Positions 17,461 to 27,121 are shown, counted from the first letter of the stretch. The stretch: DNA of 64,000 nucleotides from Fusobacterium sp. (GCA_023662905.1 JAMPIJ010000006.1:426-64425); one strand, 5' to 3'. Notes: a model not told the origin generated them from the letters alone. Numbers and translations: made by a program.

Positions 17461-18243
17461 TTATTCGGTAATTATAGAAAGGTTCATAAACTCAATATCA
17501 TCGTAGTCGATATGTGCAGTTTGCGCCATATTTCTGCCGGTCTTGATTGTAATCTCGTTATCCATTCCCTTTCTGACCAAATTTTTAGGAAGTTCAAACC
17601 TTTGCGAATCTCCGTTGAGTTCAATACTTGCGATTTTAATACCATTTAAGAAAATTTCCGGTGGGCTTGCGTATGAAGTTTTAACGCGGTTTTGCCCCAT
17701 TTTTTGTGCCATTAAACTATCAATTCCGATGATGGAACCGATTATAAGAATATATTTTGATGCTGCGCTTCCGGCAGAAATTTTGAAATTCTGCGAGTAA
17801 AAAGAACCGCTGGCCTTACCGTGAAACTCAGAGCAATTGGCAGAATTCGGCGAAAAACTGTCGTCGCCGAGATGGTACCAGCCGGAAGTCACAATAATAT
17901 CATCCTCAGCGCTTTTTTCAATCGAAACGACCATTGGTTTTTCTGTTGCAGTCTTGTCAACAGTAATTGAATACGGACGATAGCCCTCTTTCTCTATAGA
18001 CAAAATTGATGGCGAATGCAGTTTAGCCGAAAGATTAAACGCGCCGTTTTTATCGGTAAAAGTTGTATAATTTTCTTTAGGCAAAGTGATTTTAACGTTT
18101 TCAACAGGCTGGTTCGTCTGCGAATCCAGAATAATAGAACTTGTTCCCATGCCGGTTTTCTCAACGCCGCCCTCAAACACTGCGCAAAACACCGGTTCGC
18201 TCAAAAATATAGCGCTCAAAAAGATTATAAATAACTTATACAT
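17461..18243 (-). CDS. Secreted protein with carboxypeptidase-regulatory-like (Ig-like) domain
   Basis: Signal peptide MYKLFIIFLSAIFLSEPVFCA. ILDSQTNQPVENVKITL...TFTDKNGAFNL matches the CarboxypepD_reg pattern. Confidence 0.55.
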   Translation of the reverse strand: MYKLFIIFLSAIFLSEPVFCAVFEGGVEKTGMGTSSIILDSQTNQPVENVKITLPKENYTTFTDKNGAFNLSAKLHSPSILSIEKEGYRPYSITVDKTATEKPMVVSIEKSAEDDIIVTSGWYHLGDDSFSPNSANCSEFHGKASGSFYSQNFKISAGSAASKYILIIGSIIGIDSLMAQKMGQNRVKTSYASPPEIFLNGIKIASIELNGDSQRFELPKNLVRKGMDNEITIKTGRNMAQTAHIDYDDIEFMNLSIITE

Positions 18244-18322
18244 ATCCGTTAACCCTCTGACAAAATATTAGAAAATCTACACATTATATAAATCCGATTA
18301 TTGATTAATAAGGTTAGACAAT

Positions 18323-18351
18323 AAAAAACAGCGTTCAGATTTGAACGCTGT
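18323..18351 (-). terminator. Terminator after the 743-aa membrane protein gene
   Basis: 10-bp stem ACAGCGTTCA/TGAACGCTGT followed, on the minus strand, by TTTTTT. Confidence 0.65.
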
Positions 18352-18422
18352 AATCTCTCTTTTGTATATGTTATTTTGTAAGGAATTTTTTCTTCACCTT
18401 CCCCGTTCAATTGCAAGGTGCA

Positions 18423-20654
18423 TCATTTATTGGCTAGAAACCTGTTTTTAAATTGATTTTGGGAAGCCAAGAATGAATTATAATCAGCCGCTTGCGGAGC
18501 TTGTTTTTCCATTTTATGAACAACTCTTTTTTGTCCTTTTGGCACTGCCATATCAACATATTTTTTGATTTCGACTCTAACGTCTGACACCTGTTTTTCT
18601 TTACCGGTCAAATCGCGAATCATATTTTTATTTCTGTCATATTTGAAGCCATAAATCTTGTTGGCTTTGATATCTTCAAGAACTTTTTCATCCAATGCTT
18701 TGATTGTATCTAAATCCGCAGAGGCGAAGTCGTCGTGCATATAGCGTTTTGCAATTTCTTGGAATTTTTCTTTGCTTACGTCAGCCTTGGTCATTTTTTC
18801 GCAGTGTTTTGCAAGCCAAATCATAAACGCAGGTACAAACAATACTATTGACGCTGCTCCGAATGTGCTGTTAAGCATTTTCGCTTTTTTAACAAGTTTG
18901 TTGTCAGGGTTTTTCAAGATATCAACGATTGCGTCTACGTGTTTAGAATTTTTTGTCTTCTTGAATACTTCTTCAATTTCGGCGTTTTTGCAGTGTTCAA
19001 GTTCTTTGCCCATAACTTTTTCTGCGTGTTGTTTAATTTCAGGGTCTATAGCAAGCATTCTCTTGAGGTTGCCGCCGTTTTCCTGAACGAATTCGAAGAA
19101 GCCGTTGATTCCGTCTTTGTAATCCTGAATATTGCTGTATTTTGCAGTAATTTCGCCGCTCTTCAACACGCCGATACCGCCGGTTGGAGAGAAGTAATTT
19201 TTGAATTTATGCATAAACGATTTTTCGTGATCGTCCGGTGTAACGTTGAGTGCAAGCCCAGAAACACCCGCAAAGATTTTTGAGAAACCGCGTGAAAGTG
19301 CGTTCGCACCAAACAGAATTGACGCAAAGCTGAACAAATCTCTTGTCCAAATCTCTTTTCTATCATGATGATCTGTTGAATTTGCAAGTCTTGTAGGCAA
19401 GCAGAAACCAAATAACAATGCAAGTGTTGAATTTGTAGTCATTGAAGCGCCATCAAATTCAAAGAAATCAGACGCTTTTTTGAGATGTTTATTTTTCATC
19501 ACTTTTTCAGCAACATTAGTGAAAACTTCTTTTTTACCTGAGAAGCTTACTTTATCTGCATTATTAGCATTATTAGCATTATTATTATTTTTTGTTTCTT
19601 CTACAGCCGGAGTATGTTCTTCCAAACCTGCCATACCAGGGTTTTTGCCGTCCAAGCCCATACTGTAGATTTTTGGAATCATAAAGTAGAAGCCAACAAC
19701 TGCCAGCCACATACCAACGTTAGTCAACGCACGTGAACCCATTCTGCGTGTTGTATGCCCTTTGATAAATTCAGCAAGATTTCCGTTTTTATTTTTGTCA
19801 ACGAACTGCTTCGTATGCTCAACGGTATCTTTTGTATAATCAAGGAGTTTGTCTGAAAATGCAGAGAATGAAGCAGAAATTTTAGACGCTTTTGCGTCCT
19901 GCGGTTGTAATTCTGCTACCCAATGAGAAGCAGCCGGTGCTGTATATCGTTTTTTAATAGCGATAAATTCATTAGAAAGTTTTGCCATCAAATCTTCTTT
20001 AGAACCCTCAACGACTTTACCTGAAAGATTTTTAAAGAAGCCTTTAGATTTAGCATCTCTGATTGCAGTCAATTCATCAGCGAATTTTTTTGCAGTAGCG
20101 TTGAGTTCTTCTTCAGGCATAGCGCCGGCGGTAGAAGTTTTCAACACATTTTTATACACCTGTTCATAGAATTCAGTCTGAGTTTTAGCAGTATCGGCAA
20201 GATTAACATTTTTGCCAGAAGCATATTTACCAAATTCACCGCCAAAAGCTTTAATAAAATCAACAGGAACATTATTTGCAGTTCCGGAATATTTTTTAAC
20301 GAAATAAAGGATAGATGCAGGGATTACGAAAACGCTAGGGCCTGAAAGGCACTCTCGGATACCCTCACGCTTGGCAAACTCCCAGTTCAAGTGTCCGGTT
20401 TCCTCTTTATTACGGTTAAGTCCCTCGTAAATACGAGGTGCAACCATACCGCAGCAATCCTGCGCCATAAAAGAAGCAACAAATCCGCCGCGTTCAATAC
20501 CATCCATAAACATAACGACAGCATTAGCCGCGTTACCGAACGCTACGTTCTGGCCGTTTTGTTGACTTAAATTATACTGAGGTTGTTTCCTTACTTCTTT
20601 ATTATTGTCAGAAGTACGATTGTTTAACTTTACACTAACTGGTTTTACTGACAT
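18423..20654 (-). CDS. Large multi-pass membrane protein, hypothetical, with shared N-terminal leader
   Basis: 743 aa with several hydrophobic helices (e.g. VGMWLAVVGFYFMIPKI, AASIVLFVPAFMIWLA). N/A-rich linker NNNNANNANNAD. N-terminus MSVKPVSVKLNNR...NVAFGNAAN. Confidence 0.6.
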   Translation of the reverse strand: MSVKPVSVKLNNRTSDNNKEVRKQPQYNLSQQNGQNVAFGNAANAVVMFMDGIERGGFVASFMAQDCCGMVAPRIYEGLNRNKEETGHLNWEFAKREGIRECLSGPSVFVIPASILYFVKKYSGTANNVPVDFIKAFGGEFGKYASGKNVNLADTAKTQTEFYEQVYKNVLKTSTAGAMPEEELNATAKKFADELTAIRDAKSKGFFKNLSGKVVEGSKEDLMAKLSNEFIAIKKRYTAPAASHWVAELQPQDAKASKISASFSAFSDKLLDYTKDTVEHTKQFVDKNKNGNLAEFIKGHTTRRMGSRALTNVGMWLAVVGFYFMIPKIYSMGLDGKNPGMAGLEEHTPAVEETKNNNNANNANNADKVSFSGKKEVFTNVAEKVMKNKHLKKASDFFEFDGASMTTNSTLALLFGFCLPTRLANSTDHHDRKEIWTRDLFSFASILFGANALSRGFSKIFAGVSGLALNVTPDDHEKSFMHKFKNYFSPTGGIGVLKSGEITAKYSNIQDYKDGINGFFEFVQENGGNLKRMLAIDPEIKQHAEKVMGKELEHCKNAEIEEVFKKTKNSKHVDAIVDILKNPDNKLVKKAKMLNSTFGAASIVLFVPAFMIWLAKHCEKMTKADVSKEKFQEIAKRYMHDDFASADLDTIKALDEKVLEDIKANKIYGFKYDRNKNMIRDLTGKEKQVSDVRVEIKKYVDMAVPKGQKRVVHKMEKQAPQAADYNSFLASQNQFKNRFLANK

Positions 20655-21068
20655 TTCCCTACCAAATATACATATACACTATCTTATAAAGTTCTGCGCA
20701 GAATATTTATTGCTAATTTTTTTAATAAATTTAAAAAAATTTTACAAAACGCAATTCTGCACAGCGTGCAAATAATTGTAACTATTACAATTATAATTTG
20801 CAATACCTTTTACTACAATCTTAACAAAAGATTACAAAAGGATATAAATTAATTAATCCGCCAGAGGGTTGATTTTTTATTTTTTTATAATTAAATATAG
20901 ATATAATTTTTATTTGCATCTTGGATATAAATAAGGGAACTTGTGTTGAGGAGAAGTTTTTCATTTTAAGAAATGTAAATTTTTTAAAATTAGTTCTTAG
21001 TAATTAGCAAAAAAAAATTATCAGAAGTTATTTGCAGACATAGAGGTTTTTTCCTAAAGGAGTTGTGT

Positions 21069-24000
21069 ATGAGAATACAAGCTATTGCCCCATCAAACGT
21101 GGTTAATTACAGAAATTCAAACAGAACAAAAGTTAATAATAATTCTGTTCAACCTTATTTCCATGATAACCTGAGGACAATGGCGTTTACCGGAAACAAC
21201 CCAAATCACGGGATTTTTGTTGGCGCAGAAATTAAAGGGCTTCAGCAAAAAGGCGGCGTTGCAACCGTTATGTTTGATTATGCAAGCATTCCAGGAATGG
21301 AAGAAGCCATTGTTTTGCCATACCACAACGCACAACTTACTTATGACTCCAAAGGCAAATACGCGGGCGAAGTTAAGATTCACAGATTTCCAGAGGGCCA
21401 CGAACATGCCGGAAAACCTTTCTGGACAGGCGTAGATTTAGACAAAACAAGCTTAAAAGAAGTTTATTCCGACCCTAAAAAATATATTCTTCTTGATGAA
21501 CTCTCAACAATCAAAGCACCTTGGGATTCAACGCAGGAAGCGACATTACTCAGGGTTCACGATAAAGGTGCAATCAGAGGTATTAACCACGATGTATTTC
21601 TTATCTACTCTGACACCCTCGGAACAATGAAAGAACCTTATGCAGACGGTGCTTATATGTCAAAAACCGCCAAAGAAGCTGTTGCTGACGCCGCTAAAAG
21701 AAAATTTGAACCATCTCCGTATGCAGAGTTCAACAGATTATTTGTAGAATTTAAAGATTCAATCATAAACAATACAAGAACTAGCGACGGCACCACTTTC
21801 AGCCCGATGACAGTCAGCTGTTCGGATTCACAAACCGCTTATATCCCGTACTATATGAGAGCAAAAAACATACAGGATATGAACCCGATTTATACGCTCC
21901 ACAACGGCGGCGATGGTTACACCGGTCAAATCGACGGCAGAACTATGTTCCAAAACTTACTCCTTGCCGAAGACGAAACCACAAGAAATAATGCAATCAA
22001 AAACTTACTTGATAACAAAGAATTCTTACAACACAACCTCAACGGAACAACGGATGAGTTTTTTAAACAATTTATGCCTCAACTGGTTGACGCGAGCGGA
22101 AGCTTCAACCCTACATTGATTCCATTTATGTACGCTCAAAAAGATGACCGCTACGTAAAAGGAGTTAACACTGTTTCAAAAGGTTACGCAGAGGGAATGG
22201 CCTACAACGAAGCGATTCCATCAGGTATTCGCCCATTCTTCAAATCATTACTTAAAGACGGCATGGCTGACGGTATTCTGAACCCTATGAACGACGGTTC
22301 ATTCTCACCATTTGCAGGCAAAGGCGGCTATTTACCAGGGTATAACAAAGAATTCACGGTAAAATATCCGGACGGCCATGAAGAAGTCATAAAACCTTTC
22401 CGCTTACTTGACGAAAAATTGTTCAAAAACGCAGACGGAACACCTAATGTTACAGAAGCGTCTTTAAAACATTATGACGAAGTTAAATTAGACAACCAGA
22501 TTAACTTCTTCAAACGTGTACTCGGAACTTACGACGCCGACGGCTTCGCCGGCGAAATCGGCAACTTGAAAGGTGAAAAGGTCAGAAACCTTTTGATCAA
22601 CGGCCTTGATGGAAAAGACGTTGAATTAATCGGCCACGTTTCACCTGAAATCTTACAAAAATTTGAAGACGCAAAAGCAGGAAAGGGCAAAGCTCCAAAA
22701 GTTTTCGTAAGCTGGGGCCGTATTGACGATCAAAAAGCGCTCGATTCTGTAATGAAAGCGTTTGCGAAGTTCAAAGAAGCAAACCCTGACGGCGTTTTAG
22801 TTTTAGGCGGCCCGTCACTTGTTGACGCAGAGGGCAATGTTGCGGACTGCACAAAGAAAACTATTGATTTAGTTAATAAATACACAAACTCTAAAGAACT
22901 CAAGGGCAGCATAGTATTTATGAACGGCTTTGCGCCAAACAAAGTTCTTGCCGCAATCGCTGACGCAGCAGTATTCCCGTCACGCTTTGCACCGTGCGAA
23001 CTAACCGACCTTGAAAGTATGAAATACTTCTTGAGAGTTATCGCATCAAACTGTCAGGGTCTTGCAGACAAAAACTTCGACGCAACAATGGACGGCGCCG
23101 AAAATGCAACCGGTTACAAAACAATTCACGAATTCTTCGGAATCAACCAGACAACAATCGAAAACGACAACGAAATATCAAAAATTTTCCGGGAAGGTAT
23201 AGCAAACGAACGCCTGACAGGTTTCAATAAACTCTACGCAGACGCAGAAAAAGAATACCTTGCAAGAACAGGCAACAGCAATCTTTTATACCGCAAGATG
23301 ATTGCCGACAATATGGCCTCTGAATTATCAGGAACCTTAGACGACAATGCGATGAAAAGCGTAAACACCATCGTACAAAAACTCGCACTCAGCGAAGCAG
23401 AAACAACTAAACTCAAAGGACTTCCTATTACCGACGCGGCAGATAGAGCATTGATTGCAAAATTTGCAGAAAACAAAAAAGTATCACCGAAAGAAGTCGA
23501 AAAACTTACACAATTAATCAATGCAAGCACTCTCGAAGCAGGCGAAAAAACAAGATTTACACAACTTCTTGACGGAACAACTCAAGCCAGCGTTGAAAAA
23601 GATCTTTTCAACTTACTGTTCAACAAAGAAAACCTCAAAGATAAGAAAATCAAACTTACAGGCCCTGCGATTACCGAAGAAGGCCTCAATACAATCAGAA
23701 AATACCTTGCAGATACAACACAGGAAAACAGACATCTCCTTGATGATAACCTAATTGAAAAAGGTATTATCGACGAAGAACAATTGAAAGCCGCGAAAAG
23801 AATCTTCGACTACGATCCGGTAATCCACTACATGCACGACACACCAAAATTCCAGAATAAATACAAAGCGTTAATCGAACGCTGCCGTAACGAAATTATG
23901 GAAAAAGAAATTTTCAACTGTATGCAGCGTGCCGCAAACGAAACACCGGAAATGCGCCTAACAATGCTAAGAAACCACGTTCGCCTTAATTCAAGTTGGG

Positions 24001-24407
24001 ACGGCAACGCAAACCTAACAGGTATTACACGTGAAAACGGAACTCGTAAAGTTTCATCATACTACCTTTACAATGAAATGTTCAGCCGCGAGAGAACAGC
24101 TGAACAAAAGAAAAAACCGTTCGTAAACTATCTACAAAACTTACTTGAAAAAATCAAACCAAAACCGCAAAAAACAAATCAAAAAACATACAATGACGCC
24201 ACAGATGCGATTCAGGAAGCGGCGAAAACCGCAAGCGGCATGTCAAAAGGCTTAAAAATCGCACTCGGCGCAGGTGCAGCGATTCTCGCTCTCGGCGGCG
24301 GATACTACGCAATGAACAAATCCGGCACAAAATCCAACGACCACGGAGATACATTCAAACCTGCTGCACAGCCGGCTTTGCAAAACCCTTATCTGGCAAC
24401 CAAATAA
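21069..24407 (+). CDS. Glycogen/starch-synthase-like GT5 glycosyltransferase with long C-terminal extension and TM anchor
   Basis: The ATG at 21069 follows AGGAG. GAEIKGLQQKGGVATVM resembles the K-x-GGL motif, and PSRFAPCELTDLESMKY resembles PSRFEPCGL. About 400 extra C-terminal residues end in TM GLKIALGAGAAILALGGGYYA. Confidence 0.65.
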   Translation: MRIQAIAPSNVVNYRNSNRTKVNNNSVQPYFHDNLRTMAFTGNNPNHGIFVGAEIKGLQQKGGVATVMFDYASIPGMEEAIVLPYHNAQLTYDSKGKYAGEVKIHRFPEGHEHAGKPFWTGVDLDKTSLKEVYSDPKKYILLDELSTIKAPWDSTQEATLLRVHDKGAIRGINHDVFLIYSDTLGTMKEPYADGAYMSKTAKEAVADAAKRKFEPSPYAEFNRLFVEFKDSIINNTRTSDGTTFSPMTVSCSDSQTAYIPYYMRAKNIQDMNPIYTLHNGGDGYTGQIDGRTMFQNLLLAEDETTRNNAIKNLLDNKEFLQHNLNGTTDEFFKQFMPQLVDASGSFNPTLIPFMYAQKDDRYVKGVNTVSKGYAEGMAYNEAIPSGIRPFFKSLLKDGMADGILNPMNDGSFSPFAGKGGYLPGYNKEFTVKYPDGHEEVIKPFRLLDEKLFKNADGTPNVTEASLKHYDEVKLDNQINFFKRVLGTYDADGFAGEIGNLKGEKVRNLLINGLDGKDVELIGHVSPEILQKFEDAKAGKGKAPKVFVSWGRIDDQKALDSVMKAFAKFKEANPDGVLVLGGPSLVDAEGNVADCTKKTIDLVNKYTNSKELKGSIVFMNGFAPNKVLAAIADAAVFPSRFAPCELTDLESMKYFLRVIASNCQGLADKNFDATMDGAENATGYKTIHEFFGINQTTIENDNEISKIFREGIANERLTGFNKLYADAEKEYLARTGNSNLLYRKMIADNMASELSGTLDDNAMKSVNTIVQKLALSEAETTKLKGLPITDAADRALIAKFAENKKVSPKEVEKLTQLINASTLEAGEKTRFTQLLDGTTQASVEKDLFNLLFNKENLKDKKIKLTGPAITEEGLNTIRKYLADTTQENRHLLDDNLIEKGIIDEEQLKAAKRIFDYDPVIHYMHDTPKFQNKYKALIERCRNEIMEKEIFNCMQRAANETPEMRLTMLRNHVRLNSSWDGNANLTGITRENGTRKVSSYYLYNEMFSRERTAEQKKKPFVNYLQNLLEKIKPKPQKTNQKTYNDATDAIQEAAKTASGMSKGLKIALGAGAAILALGGGYYAMNKSGTKSNDHGDTFKPAAQPALQNPYLATK

Positions 24408-24428
24408 GCACGATGATATATATTTCTT

Positions 24429-24459
24429 AAAAAAGGAGTATACAATACTCCTTTTTTTG
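24429..24459 (+). terminator. Rho-independent terminator
   Basis: AAGGAGTAT/ATACTCCTT stem followed by TTTTTTT. Confidence 0.7.
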
Positions 24460-24472
24460 TTATACTCTTAAT

Positions 24473-25732
24473 ATGAATAAACTTTTTGGAATTTTAGGAA
24501 TTATCGGCATTTTCGCAATTTGTTTTGCGCTGTCGAACAACAGAAAAGCCATCAATTATAAAACAATTGGAACAGGTTTTTTATTACAGGTTTTGTTTGC
24601 GGTCTTTATTTTTAAAGTACCTTTGGGTCAAACGATATTTTTAAACATCGGGCTTTTCATCCAGAAAATCCTTGAATTCGCCAAAGAGGGCGGAAGAATG
24701 GTCTTCGGGCCATTAATGGACGCCAACTTCGGTTATATTTTTTCAATACAATTAATTTGTTCAATCATCTTTATGATGATTTTAGTCAATATGCTTTATT
24801 ACTACGGAATCATGCAACGCGTCGTTTCAATTCTTGGTAAAGCAATCAATAAACTTATGGCAGTAAGCGGTGCGGAAGCACTTTCAAACGTAGCAAGCGC
24901 CTTTGTCGGCCAAATCGTTGCTCAAATTATGATTAGACCTTACCTGCCAAAACTTACACGCTCCGAACTTCTCGCTTCTATGGCAGGAAGCATGGCTTGT
25001 ATTTCAGGCGCAACAATGCCGATTTACATCGGGATGGGAATCCCTGCCACATACTTGCTTGCGGCGTCAATTATGGCGGCTCCTGGAGCGCTTGTAATCT
25101 CTAAAATTATTTATCCTGAAACAGGAAACCCTGAAACAAGCGAAAATTTTGAAATAAAATTCAGCAAACGCAACAGAACTCACGCGAATGTTTTTGACGC
25201 TATTTCATCAGGCGCGTCAGAGGGTATGAAAGTTGCAATCAACGTAACCGCAATGATTTTGGCACTTGTTGCTTTAGTTGCGATGGTTGACTGGATTCTC
25301 GGCGGAATCGGAACTTTCTGTGTAAATGTTCTCCACTGCCCTGAAACTTTGCTCGGCCTTGATATGACAAACCTTTCAATGAAGATGATTTTAGGTAAAA
25401 TCTTCGCACTTTTCGCATACTTCATGGGTGTTCCAATGAATGAAGCAACAACCGTCGGAAGCCTTATGGGAACAAAATTAGTTCTAAACGAAATGGTTGC
25501 ATACGTTGATATGATGAACCTCGCACAACCTTTGAGCGCAAAAAGTTTCTTAATCGCAACTGTTGCATTATGTAGTTTTGGGAACTTCGGTTCAATCGCG
25601 ATTCAACTTGGCGGTATTGGTGAACTTGCGCCAAACCAACGCAAAAACCTTGCCCGCCTAGGCGTAAGAGCGTTAATCTGCGGAACCCTCACCTGCTACA
25701 TGTCAGCCGCAATCGTTGGAATTTTGTTCTAA
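24473..25732 (+). CDS. nupC: NupC/CNT-family nucleoside transporter
   Basis: 419 aa, polytopic. N-terminal LSNNRKAINYKTIGTGFLLQVLFAVFIFKVPLG is typical of the CNT family. Confidence 0.8.
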   Translation: MNKLFGILGIIGIFAICFALSNNRKAINYKTIGTGFLLQVLFAVFIFKVPLGQTIFLNIGLFIQKILEFAKEGGRMVFGPLMDANFGYIFSIQLICSIIFMMILVNMLYYYGIMQRVVSILGKAINKLMAVSGAEALSNVASAFVGQIVAQIMIRPYLPKLTRSELLASMAGSMACISGATMPIYIGMGIPATYLLAASIMAAPGALVISKIIYPETGNPETSENFEIKFSKRNRTHANVFDAISSGASEGMKVAINVTAMILALVALVAMVDWILGGIGTFCVNVLHCPETLLGLDMTNLSMKMILGKIFALFAYFMGVPMNEATTVGSLMGTKLVLNEMVAYVDMMNLAQPLSAKSFLIATVALCSFGNFGSIAIQLGGIGELAPNQRKNLARLGVRALICGTLTCYMSAAIVGILF

Positions 25733-25735
25733 AAA

Positions 25736-25960
25736 CTCCCGCCTCTGCTCGTGCTTTCCGCCTCGCGATAAACGGCAACGTTCGCGCTTGCGCGAAAGAA
25801 CGTGGTCTTCCGCGTCGCGCGCTCAACTGTTCGGAATGCTCCGCATTCCTCCTGCCTTTGCTCGGCGGCAAAAAAAATCCACTCATCTTCTGAGTGGGTC
25901 GTTTTCTGCATCCTAATGGTCTTTTATTAGTGTTTATTATTTTAGGAGTTAATATGTTTT
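25736..25960. repeat. GC-rich structured intergenic element, copy B
   Basis: About 130 nt of GC-rich sequence alignable to copy C. Hairpins TCGCGC/GCGCGA, CGAAAGA..TCTTCCG and GGAATGC/GCATTCC. A8 run plus CCACTCA/TGAGTGG hairpin (25870-25897), then a T/G-rich tail. Confidence 0.6.
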
Positions 25961-26161
25961 GGGGTCATATGCTATTTATATTTAGTGTTTCGGCTACACT
26001 TAAATCTTATGTGTTTATTATCTCATATATAATTTTAATTGTCAATAAATTCTTTTTCTTAAATTTTTCGTACCCCGAAAACGCCCATATAGTGTAGATT
26101 TCACACTTTACAAAACTTCACAATGCCTCGTTTTAATGACTCGCTGTGATAAAATTATTGT

Positions 26162-27094
26162 ATGGAAACTGAATTTAAACACTATACGGTAATGCTTAAT
26201 GAAGCCGTTGATATTATGGACTGCCAGAGCGGCAAAATATACGTGGATTGCACTCTTGGAGGGGGCGGACATAGCGAACTTATCCTCAAAAAAATCGCGC
26301 CGGACGGAAAATTAATTTCGTTTGACATCGACGACGACGCTATAAATGCAGCATCAAAAAGATTACAATATTACAACAATCTCACAATCGTAAAAAATTC
26401 TTATGTAAATCTCAAGCAAGTTCTGGCAGAACTAGGAATCGAAAAGATTACAGGCGGAATTCTCTTCGACCTTGGCGCGTCATATCACCAGTTGACAAAA
26501 CAAGAACGCGGATTTTCATTCTCCAAAGAAGCGCCGCTTGATATGCGATTCAATCAGGACAACGATTTTTCAGCGTATGATGTCATAAACACATACAGCG
26601 AAGAAGATTTAGTTAAAATCTTCTCAGAATACGGCGAAGAGCATTTTTCCAAACGGATTGCGCGTACAATCGTTGAACAGCGAAAAACAGCACCGCTCAA
26701 AACAACAACCGAACTTGCAAACCTCATCGTCAACTGCACACCGCGCGTTAAATCCAATATTCACCCTGCGACACGCGTGTTTCAGGCCATCAGAATCGAA
26801 GTTAATCAAGAGTTAAAAAATGTTAAATCCGCACTCGAGGATTGCTTGGATTTATTGGACGTTGGTGCTATAATTAGTGTAATCAGTTTTCACTCGCTGG
26901 AAGACAGATTAGTGAAACAAATTTTCAAGTATCACTCGCAACGGTGCCACTGCGACAAAACTCAAATGATTTGCCACTGTCCGCCGCCAAAATTGGAACT
27001 AATAAACAAAAAACCGATTGTTGCAGGTGAAAAAGAATTGGGAGAGAATCCGCCGTCACGAAGCGCAAAATTAAGAGGCGCACGGCGAATATAA
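26162..27094 (+). CDS. rsmH: 16S rRNA (cytosine1402-N4)-methyltransferase
   Basis: HYTVMLNEAVD...YVDCTLGGGGHS...FDLGASYHQL...SFHSLEDR are RsmH/MraW hallmarks. Confidence 0.9.
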   Translation: METEFKHYTVMLNEAVDIMDCQSGKIYVDCTLGGGGHSELILKKIAPDGKLISFDIDDDAINAASKRLQYYNNLTIVKNSYVNLKQVLAELGIEKITGGILFDLGASYHQLTKQERGFSFSKEAPLDMRFNQDNDFSAYDVINTYSEEDLVKIFSEYGEEHFSKRIARTIVEQRKTAPLKTTTELANLIVNCTPRVKSNIHPATRVFQAIRIEVNQELKNVKSALEDCLDLLDVGAIISVISFHSLEDRLVKQIFKYHSQRCHCDKTQMICHCPPPKLELINKKPIVAGEKELGENPPSRSAKLRGARRI

Positions 27095-27121
27095 AAACGA
27101 ATAAGGGTAAAGGGGATTTTT

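Noticed and set aside
25689-25916. Three overlapping 60-66-aa ORFs on both strands
   Set aside because: All lie inside GC-rich repeat copy B. The Arg/Ala-rich translations in every frame are a composition artefact. Homology to copy C is at the nucleotide level and includes indels that break the frames.
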